From: an uncultured Nitrososphaerota archaeon
GTDB taxonomy: Archaea > Thermoproteota > EX4484-205 > JAAOZO01
Reading direction: 5' to 3'
DNA: 64,000 nt
Assembly: GCA_964408285.1 (NCBI GenBank)
Contig: CAYOYV010000003.1
Span: forward strand, 125,067 to 189,066
This document shows, piece after piece, positions 30,471 to 39,693 of this stretch; positions within the stretch are counted from its first letter, which is position 1, and each line of letters starts with the position of its first letter. Position numbers and translations under genes: made by a program. The notes beneath the pieces were generated by a model. That model searched no databases, was not told the DNA's origin, and saw only the letters and a program-made list of their open reading frames with translations.

Positions 30471-30620
30471 TCACAAACGCTAAGAGTAGTGAGGGATTGA
30501 TATTTTAACATGGTGGCAAGACCTCGACTCCCGTAGGTCAGGTCGTTGACCGCGGTGACTGGATTGCGACTTAGAATAGTCAGCTTTAGATACTATGGCT
30601 CGAAGGCGACCAGCTCCAAG

Positions 30621-30866
30621 ATGATCGACGACCTGAGGCTGTCAATACCTCGATTCCTTGATCTTTCACAGGAGCCGGTTGATTTCTCGAAACTATCTAG
30701 AGCCACTAATACAAGCCAGGCCGAACTCGCCGCAGAGCTTGCAATACTAGTCAGCGACAGAAATGAGGTAAGGATAGTGCAGAATAGGGATGAGCAATAC
30801 TTCGAGATAACCGAGAAGGGCAAGAAAGAACTCCAGAACGCAGAACATTATCGCTCATCTTCCTAA
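30621..30866 (+). CDS. Small winged-helix protein
   Basis: HTH-like segment followed by the wing motif YFEITEKGKK; ATG 30621 preferred over TTG 30546. Confidence 0.55.
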   Translation: MIDDLRLSIPRFLDLSQEPVDFSKLSRATNTSQAELAAELAILVSDRNEVRIVQNRDEQYFEITEKGKKELQNAEHYRSSS

Positions 30867-30929
30867 TCTATTTCAGAGCCCTTTCTCATGGCCTTCCTTG
30901 GCTTTGAGAATCGGGACTATCTCTGATTC

Positions 30930-32290
30930 TCATCCTCGTTCAATGTCTTCTAGGAAGTCGGTCAGTACATCCTCCAGATTCGGAAGGCCGATCTCTTTCA
31001 GCTCATATCTGACATGGACTGCGGCCTTGTTGATCTTGAGCAATCCATTAAGCCTGATGGGAGTTGCGCTCACAACAACGTCTGCTGTTGTGCTATTTAT
31101 CGTTTCTTCTAACTCCTTCATCTGCTGAGGCCCGTATCCCATCGCCGGAAGGACCTTTGTAACATGCGGAAAGCTCTCGAATGTCCTCTTCAGGCTACCG
31201 ACTGCATACTCAATTGGATTCACGATCTCACTCGCCTGGAATTGCCTTGCTGCAAGATATCCTGCCCCGTACGACATGCCTCCATGGGTTATGGTTGGTC
31301 CATCCTCTATGACAAGAGCTCGTTTTCCCCTAATCATCTCAGGCTTCTCGACGTAGATCTCTGAAGATGCTCTGACAATGAGTGCATTCGGGTTTTTGGA
31401 TCGCACGTTGTCCATCACGATGGAGATGCTTCTCTCGCTTGCAGTATTCACTTTGTTGACTATTATTATGTCCGCCATTCTGACGTTAGTCTCGCCAGGG
31501 TGATATTCTATCTCGTCGCCGGGACGCATGGGATCGACTACTGTTATGAGGAGATCCGGCTTGAAGAAGGGGAAATCATTGTTGCCTCCATCCCACACGA
31601 TCACATCTGCTTCCTTCTCAGCCTCTTTCAAGACCATGCTGTAGTCCACGCCAGCAAAAACAACTATTCCTCTCTCGAGATGAGGCTCATATTCCTCTCT
31701 TTCTTCAATCGTGCAACGTGCCCTGTCGAGATCATCGAATCTCTCGAATCTCTGAATTGCTTCTTCCAGGAGATTTCCATATGGCATCGGGTGTCTGACG
31801 ACAACCGGGTTCTTTGCCTTCTTCCGCAATATGTCAACGACCCTCCTTGTGGTCTGACTCTTTCCTGATCCAGTCCTACCCGCGCAAATCGCTATAAGTG
31901 GCTTGCTTGATTTCAGCATCGTATCGTTAGGCCCAAGCAGCATGAAGGACGCCCCTGACGAAAGCACCTCACTGGCCTTGTGCATGACATATTCGTGAGA
32001 TACATCGGAGTATGAAAACACAACAAGATCAACCCTCTGATCTCTTATTGTCTCGGAAAGGTCTTCTTCAGGGATGATCGGTATTTCGTTTGAATAAAGC
32101 AAACCTGCCAATGATCGGGGATATCTCCTATTCTGGATGTTCGGGATCTGGGTCGCCGTGAACGCTACAACTTCATACTGGGAGTTGTCTCTGAAGAAGA
32201 CATTGAAGTTGTGGAATGCGCGGAGTGCAAGAATACTTGCCCTCGATCGCGTCCCGCGGCTCCCATAATGATCACCTTGCGTCTTGCCAG
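30930..32290 (-). CDS. COG2403 P-loop protein (cDPG-synthetase-like, probable arginine synthetase ArcE); spliced from exon 1 32290-32246 and exon 2 32216-30930, 443 aa
   Basis: Exon 1 reads (M)ARRKVIIMGAAGRD and exon 2 reads FHNFNVFFRDN..VVAFTATQIP. Later motifs: RTGSGKSQ, RHPMPYG, TIEEREEYEPH, WDGGNND and EDGPTITHGGM. Confidence 0.88.
32217..32245 (-). other. 29-nt mRNA intron with a bulge-helix-bulge motif
   Basis: The mRNA reads GGA CGCG AU^C GAG G GCAAG UAUU CUUGC A CUC CGCG CA^U UCC. Removal at the carets restores the frame and the conserved motif. Confidence 0.88.
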
Positions 32291-32296
32291 GTCTCA

Positions 32297-32304
32297 TCAC
32301 CTCC
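32297..32304 (-). promoter_or_regulatory. Shine-Dalgarno site
   Basis: GGAGGTGA 6 nt upstream of the CTG at 32290. Confidence 0.65.
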
Positions 32305-32428
32305 GTAATAGTTTAATGAGTTTCTATCCTGCATCCTAGTTCCAGCTATTTATCCTTGAACATTGAAGCTTTCCTTGCCGGTTTCAGTGCAGGCCCGACA
32401 GGAATTCCAGGGACTCCCGCGAATCGCA

Positions 32429-34543
32429 TTACCTAGCAGTTCTTCCTTCAAGCCATTCAGGCCGATATCGGCTCAATGATAAGGAATTCAACGTCACTGT
32501 CATCGAACTCAATGCCATGGCCAGAGCAGAGAAAATGGGACTTAGGAGGACACCAGTCAAAGGGTACAGAACGCCAGCTGCAAGAGGAATCAATGCTACG
32601 TTGTAGACGAAGGCCCAAAATAGGTTCTCCCTAATTTTCCTGGAAATGAGTCTGCTCACGTCAATTGCCAGTGCAACTCCTCGGGGATCGTCGCCGACCA
32701 ATATGATCTGACCTGTCTCCTTCGCTACATCAGTTCCACCTCCCATTGCAATGCCCACGTCCGCTGCCGCTAAGGCGGGCGCATCGTTTATCCCATCACC
32801 GACCATTGCGATGATCCGGTTCTCTGACCTAAGTCCTCTTACAATGTCAATTTTGTCTTGGGGGAGGACCCCGGCGATGACCTCACCTATCCCAAGTTTC
32901 CCAGCTATGGCGTCTGCCACAATCTGGTTATCGCCCGTGAGCATGGCTGTTTCTATGTTTCTGCGAGCCAGTAACTCGACTGCTTCCCGGGAATGGATTT
33001 TCGGCACATCGGCCACAGCAAGGATGCCAATCAAATCACCATCCAATGCAACCAGAAAAGCTGTATTCCCCAGATTCTCTGATTCACTTAGCTTTTTGGC
33101 CATTTCTTGATCCAAGCGCAGTCCCTCTGTCTCGATCAGTCTCTTTGTCCCGACAATGACCTGCCGACCATTCACGACCGAGCGCAATCCTCCCGGCAGA
33201 ACCTTGGTCAGATCTGCGCGATCCGGCTTTATCTCTCTTCGTTTGGCCTCCTCAAGTATCGCCTTTGCGATGGGATGTTCAGAACCGGCCTCTGCAGAGG
33301 CAGAGAATAAGAGAACGTCGAGTTCCCGCATGCCACCACGTGGCAATATTGAGACAACAGAAGGTCTTCCCGTCGTAAGCGTTCCTGTCTTGTCGAACAC
33401 AACCATAGTGACCTTTCTTACTCGTTCTAACTCTTCCCCTCCCTTAATCAGTACCCCAAATTGAGCGGCTCTTGAGAATCCTACGGTCAAAGCAGCTGGG
33501 GTTGCCAAGCCGAGGGCACAGGGGCAAGCTATTATCAGAACCGCAATCGCAGTCGTCAGGGCAAAGCTCAACGGCATCCGACCGAGAAAAAGCCAGATGC
33601 TGAAGGACAGGATCGATGTCAGAACCACAATGGGTACGAATCTGCTCGCTATAGCGTCTGCTAATTTCTGTGCTGGTGATCGAGTGAGAATTGCTTCTTC
33701 TATCAGGCCAGTTATTTGAGAAAGGGTCGAATCCGCTACCGTTCTGGTAGTCCTTATCTTGACAAACCCATTGAGATTCACTGATCCGGCGAAGACTTGG
33801 CTTCCCGGGGATATGTCAACTGGTATCGACTCACCCGTAATAGGCGACATGTCCGCAGATGAGGAACCTTCCATGACTTGTCCATCAACTGGAATCCTCG
33901 ATCCGGGTCTGACAGCTAATGTGTCATCCACTCTGACCTCCTCCACTCTTACCTCCTTCTCTAGGCCATCTTGAACGAGAGTGGCCATGGGTGGCTGAAG
34001 CTCCAGTAATCTTGTCACCGATTCAGAGGCCCGCTGTTTGGTCGAATGCTCTAGGAACCTGCCGAGGAGGATCAGCCCTATTATGAGTGCCGAATCAGCG
34101 AAATAGGTCGGCGGCATCTCGCCCGCTCCTTGCTGGATCATCTGGGGAAAGAACGTTGCAACAACGCTGTAGAAATAGGCCGCGGATGTCCCGATAGCTA
34201 TGAGTGAGTCCATATTCGCTTGCCTAGACCTCAGTGCGTCAAGAAGTCCTCTATAGAATACATAACCAGCCCCAAACTGGATTGGAGTGACTAGAAGAAA
34301 AATGGCTACTCGTGTGAGTTGGGTGTCAGGAGAAATCGCCACAAAATCTGATAGCATAGTCATCGCACCCACCGCCAAGCTGATGATTGACAGATCTCTG
34401 TATCTCCTGATTTCCCTTTCAGGCCTCAGGAACTCGTCGTAGCATGTCCTACTGCAGAAGTAGTAGGTTCTGCCTCTTCTGTCCAGTCTGAATCGGGTCG
34501 TGTTCTCATCCACATACATGCCGCACACTACGTCCCTTGCCAT
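32429..34543 (-). CDS. copA: Cu(I)-exporting P1B-1 ATPase with an N-terminal YHS domain
   Basis: DVVCGM..YYFCS..C, TGES, CPC, DKTGT, SEHP, GDGIND, YN and MALSS motifs. Confidence 0.95.
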   Translation of the reverse strand: MARDVVCGMYVDENTTRFRLDRRGRTYYFCSRTCYDEFLRPEREIRRYRDLSIISLAVGAMTMLSDFVAISPDTQLTRVAIFLLVTPIQFGAGYVFYRGLLDALRSRQANMDSLIAIGTSAAYFYSVVATFFPQMIQQGAGEMPPTYFADSALIIGLILLGRFLEHSTKQRASESVTRLLELQPPMATLVQDGLEKEVRVEEVRVDDTLAVRPGSRIPVDGQVMEGSSSADMSPITGESIPVDISPGSQVFAGSVNLNGFVKIRTTRTVADSTLSQITGLIEEAILTRSPAQKLADAIASRFVPIVVLTSILSFSIWLFLGRMPLSFALTTAIAVLIIACPCALGLATPAALTVGFSRAAQFGVLIKGGEELERVRKVTMVVFDKTGTLTTGRPSVVSILPRGGMRELDVLLFSASAEAGSEHPIAKAILEEAKRREIKPDRADLTKVLPGGLRSVVNGRQVIVGTKRLIETEGLRLDQEMAKKLSESENLGNTAFLVALDGDLIGILAVADVPKIHSREAVELLARRNIETAMLTGDNQIVADAIAGKLGIGEVIAGVLPQDKIDIVRGLRSENRIIAMVGDGINDAPALAAADVGIAMGGGTDVAKETGQIILVGDDPRGVALAIDVSRLISRKIRENLFWAFVYNVALIPLAAGVLYPLTGVLLSPIFSALAMALSSMTVTLNSLSLSRYRPEWLEGRTAR

Positions 34544-34549
34544 TCTCGG

Positions 34550-34807
34550 CTACCTCTTCTGTAACATCGGTCTATATCCAGATCGCACAATCTCCTTCTC
34601 CACTTCGTCCAGTGTAGCGTCGTCGCCGATGTATCTGACTTTTATCTGCTGCGTGACGAAATTTAGAGTGGCTTCTTTTATTTTCTCATTTCTCTTGAAG
34701 GCCGATATCATTGATAGCCCACAGCTGTAGCAGTCAAGGCCCCCTATCCTATATATCGCGGTCTTTTCCGTTTCCTCTCCTCTCGTACCATGGGCGACCT
34801 CGTTCAT
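34550..34807 (-). CDS. HMA-domain metallochaperone (CopZ-like)
   Basis: GGLDCYSC motif and C-terminal IVRSGY; immediately upstream of copA. Confidence 0.8.
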   Translation of the reverse strand: MNEVAHGTRGEETEKTAIYRIGGLDCYSCGLSMISAFKRNEKIKEATLNFVTQQIKVRYIGDDATLDEVEKEIVRSGYRPMLQKR

Positions 34808-34810
34808 CTG

Positions 34811-34951
34811 CTATCTCGCTAGCGATTTCTTGAGATCCCCAACGCACATGGGACACAAGTAGTAAGTCTTTCCTGCCACGAATATCCTCGTTGCCGTTCT
34901 CGCGTCAACGAGCATCCCGCAGAAGGGATCCTTCTCTTTTTGGGAGGACAT
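34811..34951 (-). CDS. 46-aa YHS/TRASH-like metal-binding microprotein (not in the ORF track)
   Basis: Hand translation: MSSQKEKDPFCGMLVDARTATRIFVAGKTYYLCPMCVGDLKKSLAR. It ends 3 nt before the HMA gene start. Confidence 0.82.
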   Translation of the reverse strand: MSSQKEKDPFCGMLVDARTATRIFVAGKTYYLCPMCVGDLKKSLAR

Positions 34952-35039
34952 AATCATTCGCACCAACAAGGGATATATAACGCGGTTATAAAAGCATTTT
35001 CTCGACTATTGAGATCAAGGACCCAGGGCGAGGGCTTAT

Positions 35040-35570
35040 ATGATGCGGTGCAAATCGTGGACTAAGATGCCGGGGAGTAAGCCAGTTGGAAGGTTTCAGG
35101 TCATGGCTGTCCTTCAGGCGGCCCGGGCCTCGTGCTTGGGGCTTTCCGAGGACTTGTCTAAGAGCTGGGGCCTCAATAGGGCAATCTTCTATGCCGCGGC
35201 CAAGAGGGGATTCAAAACCTTCCGTATGAAACGGCCAGTCGCAGGAATCCCGCGAGTGGAGGCTGAAAGAAGGTTTCAGCCAAAAGAGGAGGTCTTCCAG
35301 CTGGGCGATGAGATCGCCTATCAGGTGAAAGAAGGTGACGCTCTGTACTTCACAATCGGTGGCGAGGCGCAAACAGGGGATGACTTCGACAGGCAAATAG
35401 CATCGAGGTTTGCCGAAAAGTACCAAAAGGCTTGGAATGAGGCCTTGAAGATAATCAGGAAGCACCCCCGGTCTATACTGTTGTCCCAGAACGAGTTCTT
35501 CCAAGAGGTATACAAGCCAGTCAGGGATGAGCTGTCCAAGAAATGGAGCGATATGGTCCTGTCGAAATAG
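35040..35570 (+). CDS. Conserved archaeal hypothetical protein (start may be at MPGSK)
   Basis: VGRFQVMAVLQAARA..KSWGLNRAIFYAAAKRG resembles a conserved archaeal family of unknown function. Confidence 0.75.
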   Translation: MMRCKSWTKMPGSKPVGRFQVMAVLQAARASCLGLSEDLSKSWGLNRAIFYAAAKRGFKTFRMKRPVAGIPRVEAERRFQPKEEVFQLGDEIAYQVKEGDALYFTIGGEAQTGDDFDRQIASRFAEKYQKAWNEALKIIRKHPRSILLSQNEFFQEVYKPVRDELSKKWSDMVLSK

Positions 35571-35820
35571 AAAGAAACCAATCATCCGGCAAAACCGCCT
35601 ACAACACTCGCGCGGATCCAACATTCCCGAACTCTAGACCATGATACGTGGGGGCATTCCAAAAAGCCGTTTTTGCAGGGGTGGAAGCGGCAGTACGAAG
35701 AGATGGCATTTATCTCGATCCCAAACCCATTTGAAGGCGTCCTGGGGAATTCTTGGGCGAAGCGTATCTATTTCACCTTGGAACGTTTATATCCAATAGT
35801 ATGGTTGCGCAAAAGACAAC

Positions 35821-36789
35821 ATGAAGGAGTCCGTAAGGACCGAAGATCTAACTAGGATCTTCAAGGGAGAGGAAGGCGATATCAAGGCCCTAGACAACGT
35901 CTCACTGTCGGTTCTGCCTGGCGAAATCTTCGGTCTTCTCGGACCAAATGGCGCAGGAAAGACCACTCTCATAAAGATCCTTTCAACGCTTCTCCTTCCA
36001 ACTTCTGGGAAGGCCTTCGTCGATGGGCATGATGTAGTACGAGAGACACAGAAGGTGAAGGAAGTGATCAATCTTGCCAGCGGAGGTGAGACCCCGGGCT
36101 ACGGCATGTTGACAGTTAAGGAAAACCTGTGGTTCTTTTCGCAACTCTATGGTCTTTCGAACGAGCTATCCAAAACGAGAATAGAGCAATTGACAGAGAC
36201 TGTCGGACTGAAGGAAAAAATAAACGAGCGAATGAACAGACTCTCATCAGGCATGAAGCAAAGACTCAACATCGCCAGGTGCTTGATCAATGACCCAAAG
36301 ATACTTTTTCTCGATGAACCGACTCTAGGACTTGACGTGATGGTCGCGCAAGAGATCAGACAATACATAGAGAAACTCGTGAAGGAGCGTCCAGATAAGA
36401 CGATTCTTCTCACGACACACTACATGGCTGAGGCAGATCAGATGTGCAACAGAGTCGCAATAATCGATAGGGGTAGGGTCTTGGTGGTTGGAGCTCCTGA
36501 GAAACTGAAAGCGATTTTCTCCAAGGAGGTGAACCTACTGGTTCAGACCTCATTCATTGGAAACAAGGCGGATCAGCTGCTAAAAGTGAAGGGCGTCAAA
36601 GGTCTTTCGACTTCGCACAGCCCAGAGACGAATATGACCACACTTAAGCTAGTTCTAGAAGAAGAAGGCGCAGTTCCGGACGTTATGTCAACGCTCAAGG
36701 AAATGAACGCCAAACTCCACTTCATGCAAAAAGCAGAGACGACTTTGGAGACGGTTTTCATGAGCTTGGTGGGACGGGGTTTGGAATGA
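35821..36789 (+). CDS. ABC-2 (DrrA-like) exporter ATP-binding protein
   Basis: GPNGAGKTT, LSSGMKQR, FLDEPTLGLD and TTHYMAEA motifs. Confidence 0.93.
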   Translation: MKESVRTEDLTRIFKGEEGDIKALDNVSLSVLPGEIFGLLGPNGAGKTTLIKILSTLLLPTSGKAFVDGHDVVRETQKVKEVINLASGGETPGYGMLTVKENLWFFSQLYGLSNELSKTRIEQLTETVGLKEKINERMNRLSSGMKQRLNIARCLINDPKILFLDEPTLGLDVMVAQEIRQYIEKLVKERPDKTILLTTHYMAEADQMCNRVAIIDRGRVLVVGAPEKLKAIFSKEVNLLVQTSFIGNKADQLLKVKGVKGLSTSHSPETNMTTLKLVLEEEGAVPDVMSTLKEMNAKLHFMQKAETTLETVFMSLVGRGLE

Positions 36790-37595
36790 CAACGAAACTA
36801 GACCTGATTATCAGGCCAGGTCTCGCAAGAGCGTACATTCGAATATTGGGGACCAACCGCATTCTAACGGAGGTGCTCTTGGACTCAACCCTTCCCGTTC
36901 TCAATCTTTCAGCATACGTTTACACATACTACTTCCTAGGTGCCTCATTGCAGTATGTGGGTTTCGTGGTCTTGGGGGGCGCAATGCTTGCATTCTGGAT
37001 GAATGTGCTATGGAATGTTGGATCCCAATTCTATTGGGAAAAAGAACAAGGTAACCTCGAAGCGTTCTTTGTTTCACCAGCTTCCAAGATGTCCATATTG
37101 ACTGGAATAGCTTTGGGCGGGCTTTTGAATACCTCTATCAGGGTCGTATTGACGATATTGGTCGGGGTGCTGGTCTTCAGGGTCAGCTTCGATCCGTCGA
37201 GGAGCATTGATGCATTGCTAGTATTTGCCTTGACTATCGTTGATCTTTATGCTTTGGGTCTAGTGTTCTCTTCTCTTTACCTCATGTACGGACGGGAGGC
37301 TTGGCATGTGTCGAACCTTCTGACCGAACCCATTTCGTTCGTTTCAGGTCTCTACTATCCGATCAGTTTCTTTCCATTTTGGCTTCAATTGCTGGCCTCA
37401 CTGATACCCATGACTTTGGGTCTTGACGCCATGAGGACGATGATCTTCTTCGGATCAGGAGTAGTCTCGCTATCTATTGAAATCGGAGCACTTGCCATAA
37501 TGGCTCCCATTCTGATCGCGTCTGCAAAACTAGCGTTGGATTATATGGAGAAATTCTCTAAGAGGGAGGGAAGGTTGACTCTCAGATGGCAGTGA
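36786..37595 (+). CDS. ABC-2 permease
   Basis: About 6 TM helices; EKEQGNLE and SGLYYP..P.W motifs; ATGA coupling to the ATPase gene. Confidence 0.9.
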   Translation: MTTKLDLIIRPGLARAYIRILGTNRILTEVLLDSTLPVLNLSAYVYTYYFLGASLQYVGFVVLGGAMLAFWMNVLWNVGSQFYWEKEQGNLEAFFVSPASKMSILTGIALGGLLNTSIRVVLTILVGVLVFRVSFDPSRSIDALLVFALTIVDLYALGLVFSSLYLMYGREAWHVSNLLTEPISFVSGLYYPISFFPFWLQLLASLIPMTLGLDAMRTMIFFGSGVVSLSIEIGALAIMAPILIASAKLALDYMEKFSKREGRLTLRWQ

Positions 37596-38419
37596 GTAAG
37601 CTGCAAACGCTTAGGGCCGCGGCTTGGCTTGGTTGGCAGATCGATGCGAATTGGACTGACCTTTTCGTTTTTGCCACCTATACAATCATCAGACCGGTGT
37701 TTGGGATGTTGACGTTTGCGTTCATGTACTTTGCGGCTTCGGCCGCTGGCCCCCCGAGTCCGGAGAAGCTTGCCTATCTGTTGGTGGGAAATTCGCTTTT
37801 CAACTATGCAGCGAATGCTATCTTCAGCTCGTTCTTCGCAGTTCACGAAGACAGAGAGCACTACGCCATGACTAGAAGTCTCTCGATAGCTCCATCTGAT
37901 TTCACCCTGTATTATCTTGGAAGGATAGCTGCGCCATTGCTATTCAGCTCAACGATTTCAGTCATTGTGAACCTAGGAATCGGGGTGTTTCTGCTGGGGG
38001 TGAAACTGAGTCCTTCACTTTGGACTCTTGCAAGCCTAGCGTTCTACATTCCTGTGATTGGACTCGGATTCGTCGGCTTTGCGTTGATCATTGGAGGAGT
38101 CGGGTTCTTCACATCTCGCTACGTGTGGGGGTTGATAGATGGAATAACAGGTCTTTCGCTACTTTTGGGTGGGGTGCTGTATCCTGCCACAGTACTTCCT
38201 GTTCAAATCAACTGGTTCTCTTCTTTCGTGCCATGGACATATTGGATAGAGATGCTGAGGTCAGCGATAGTGGGAAATATGGCCGACTTGTCATTAACCT
38301 TCCAGATAGTTGGCATAGGATTCTCTCTGCTTTTCCTGGGCCTAGGGATATACTTCTTCAATTGGTCTGTAAACAGGGCCAAGAGGCTCGGGACTCTAGA
38401 CATGGTGATAAGCTGGTAG
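37586..38419 (+). CDS. ABC-2 permease
   Basis: About 6 TM helices; EDRE and GVLYPATVLP motifs; overlaps the previous gene. Confidence 0.88.
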   Translation: MAVSKLQTLRAAAWLGWQIDANWTDLFVFATYTIIRPVFGMLTFAFMYFAASAAGPPSPEKLAYLLVGNSLFNYAANAIFSSFFAVHEDREHYAMTRSLSIAPSDFTLYYLGRIAAPLLFSSTISVIVNLGIGVFLLGVKLSPSLWTLASLAFYIPVIGLGFVGFALIIGGVGFFTSRYVWGLIDGITGLSLLLGGVLYPATVLPVQINWFSSFVPWTYWIEMLRSAIVGNMADLSLTFQIVGIGFSLLFLGLGIYFFNWSVNRAKRLGTLDMVISW

Positions 38420-38488
38420 AATATCGCCACACCTTTGGAGGTGTCACAACATTAATAACCGAAATCGCATCGATCCTCCTGGGAATCC

Positions 38489-39679
38489 TTGAAAACAGAC
38501 TTAGATCACAGAGAGTTAGACGAGATCAGAAAGAAAAGGCCCTCTAAATACAGAGGGCTGAATCAGGATGAGATAAGTCTCGGCTTGGCGGAATCAGATT
38601 TCGAGATGCCAGTTGAAGTCAAACAGGCCATGATAGATGCAATAATGAATGGGGAATATCACTATCAGTTCGATGGGCTTCCTGGATTCCTTGAAGCTGC
38701 CAAGGAAAAGCTCTGGCGATTCAACAATCTTAGAGTGGGAGAAGACGAGATCATGCCAATCGCCGGAGGCATGAATGGTATCTGGTTGGCTTCCAGATGC
38801 CTCGTCAGGCCCGGAGAAAAGGTGATAGCCATAACGCCAAACTATCCCCCGATCATAGAGATGCCTAGGACCGTCTCTCAAGCTGAGGTCGTGGAGACAA
38901 TGGCCCGCGGTAACTTCCACATGGATCTGGAGGCGATCGAAGCCGCTATCACGGAGAGGACGAGAATGATCTCGATCTGCAATCCGAATAATCCCAGTGG
39001 GGCAGTCTATTCGCGAGAAGAGCTGGGAGGGTTGGCAGAGCTTGCAACAAGACATGACCTATATGCTTTCTCTGACGAACTCTATGAGAATCTGACATAT
39101 GACGGGAGAAGGCATCTAAGCCTCGCCTCACTTCCAGGAATGAAGGAACGAACCGTCACTGTGTTCGCATTCACCAAGATCTATGGGATGTCCGGATTGA
39201 GGATTGGCTACTTGGTCGGCCCAAAGGAGATCGTCAAAGGAATGAAGGAGGAGAATTCGCGTGTTTTTATTCAACCTAGCACAATCGATCAGATCGCGGG
39301 CTCAGTAGCTCTAGCCAAATGCGACTACTATGTGGAAAGCCTCAAGGCCCATCTTGAGAAAGTCAGGAACCACATCACCGGGAAACTGAACGAAGTACCA
39401 ATGATCAATATGAGCCCACCTGAGGGAGCTTTCTTCGCATTCCCAGATCTCAGTCCTCTGTTCCAAGACGACGAGAATGCGGTCGTATACATCAGGCAAA
39501 AGGCGAAGATACAGGTTAGCGGGGGCAAAGGTTTTGGGAAAGGAGGAGAGCGTCACATAAGGATCAGTTTCTGTTCTCCCTGGGAGATAGTGACTGAAGC
39601 CACGGCGAGAATCTGCAGAGCGTTATGGGCTAGAGCAAGCTCGATTACATCGCATGAAGAGTCAAGTCCGAAAGCCTGA
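38489..39679 (+). CDS. PLP-dependent class I/II aminotransferase (AspC or MalY/PatB-like)
   Basis: CNPNNPSG, SDELY, FTKIYGMSGLRIGY, PEGAFF and HIRISF motifs. Confidence 0.9.
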   Translation: MKTDLDHRELDEIRKKRPSKYRGLNQDEISLGLAESDFEMPVEVKQAMIDAIMNGEYHYQFDGLPGFLEAAKEKLWRFNNLRVGEDEIMPIAGGMNGIWLASRCLVRPGEKVIAITPNYPPIIEMPRTVSQAEVVETMARGNFHMDLEAIEAAITERTRMISICNPNNPSGAVYSREELGGLAELATRHDLYAFSDELYENLTYDGRRHLSLASLPGMKERTVTVFAFTKIYGMSGLRIGYLVGPKEIVKGMKEENSRVFIQPSTIDQIAGSVALAKCDYYVESLKAHLEKVRNHITGKLNEVPMINMSPPEGAFFAFPDLSPLFQDDENAVVYIRQKAKIQVSGGKGFGKGGERHIRISFCSPWEIVTEATARICRALWARASSITSHEESSPKA

Positions 39680-39693
39680 GGCATTCCCTCATG

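Noticed and set aside
32217-32245. Insert read as a pseudogenising frameshift or sequencing error
   Set aside because: The length, both boundaries and the base pairing match BHB geometry exactly, and the rest of the gene is intact.
30930-32300. ORF-track 456-aa version as the true protein
   Set aside because: Its N-terminus lacks the conserved GAAGRD, which is encoded in another frame, and its start codon overlaps the SD site.
34986-35624. 212-aa minus-strand ORF
   Set aside because: Antisense shadow of the conserved gene at 35040-35570.
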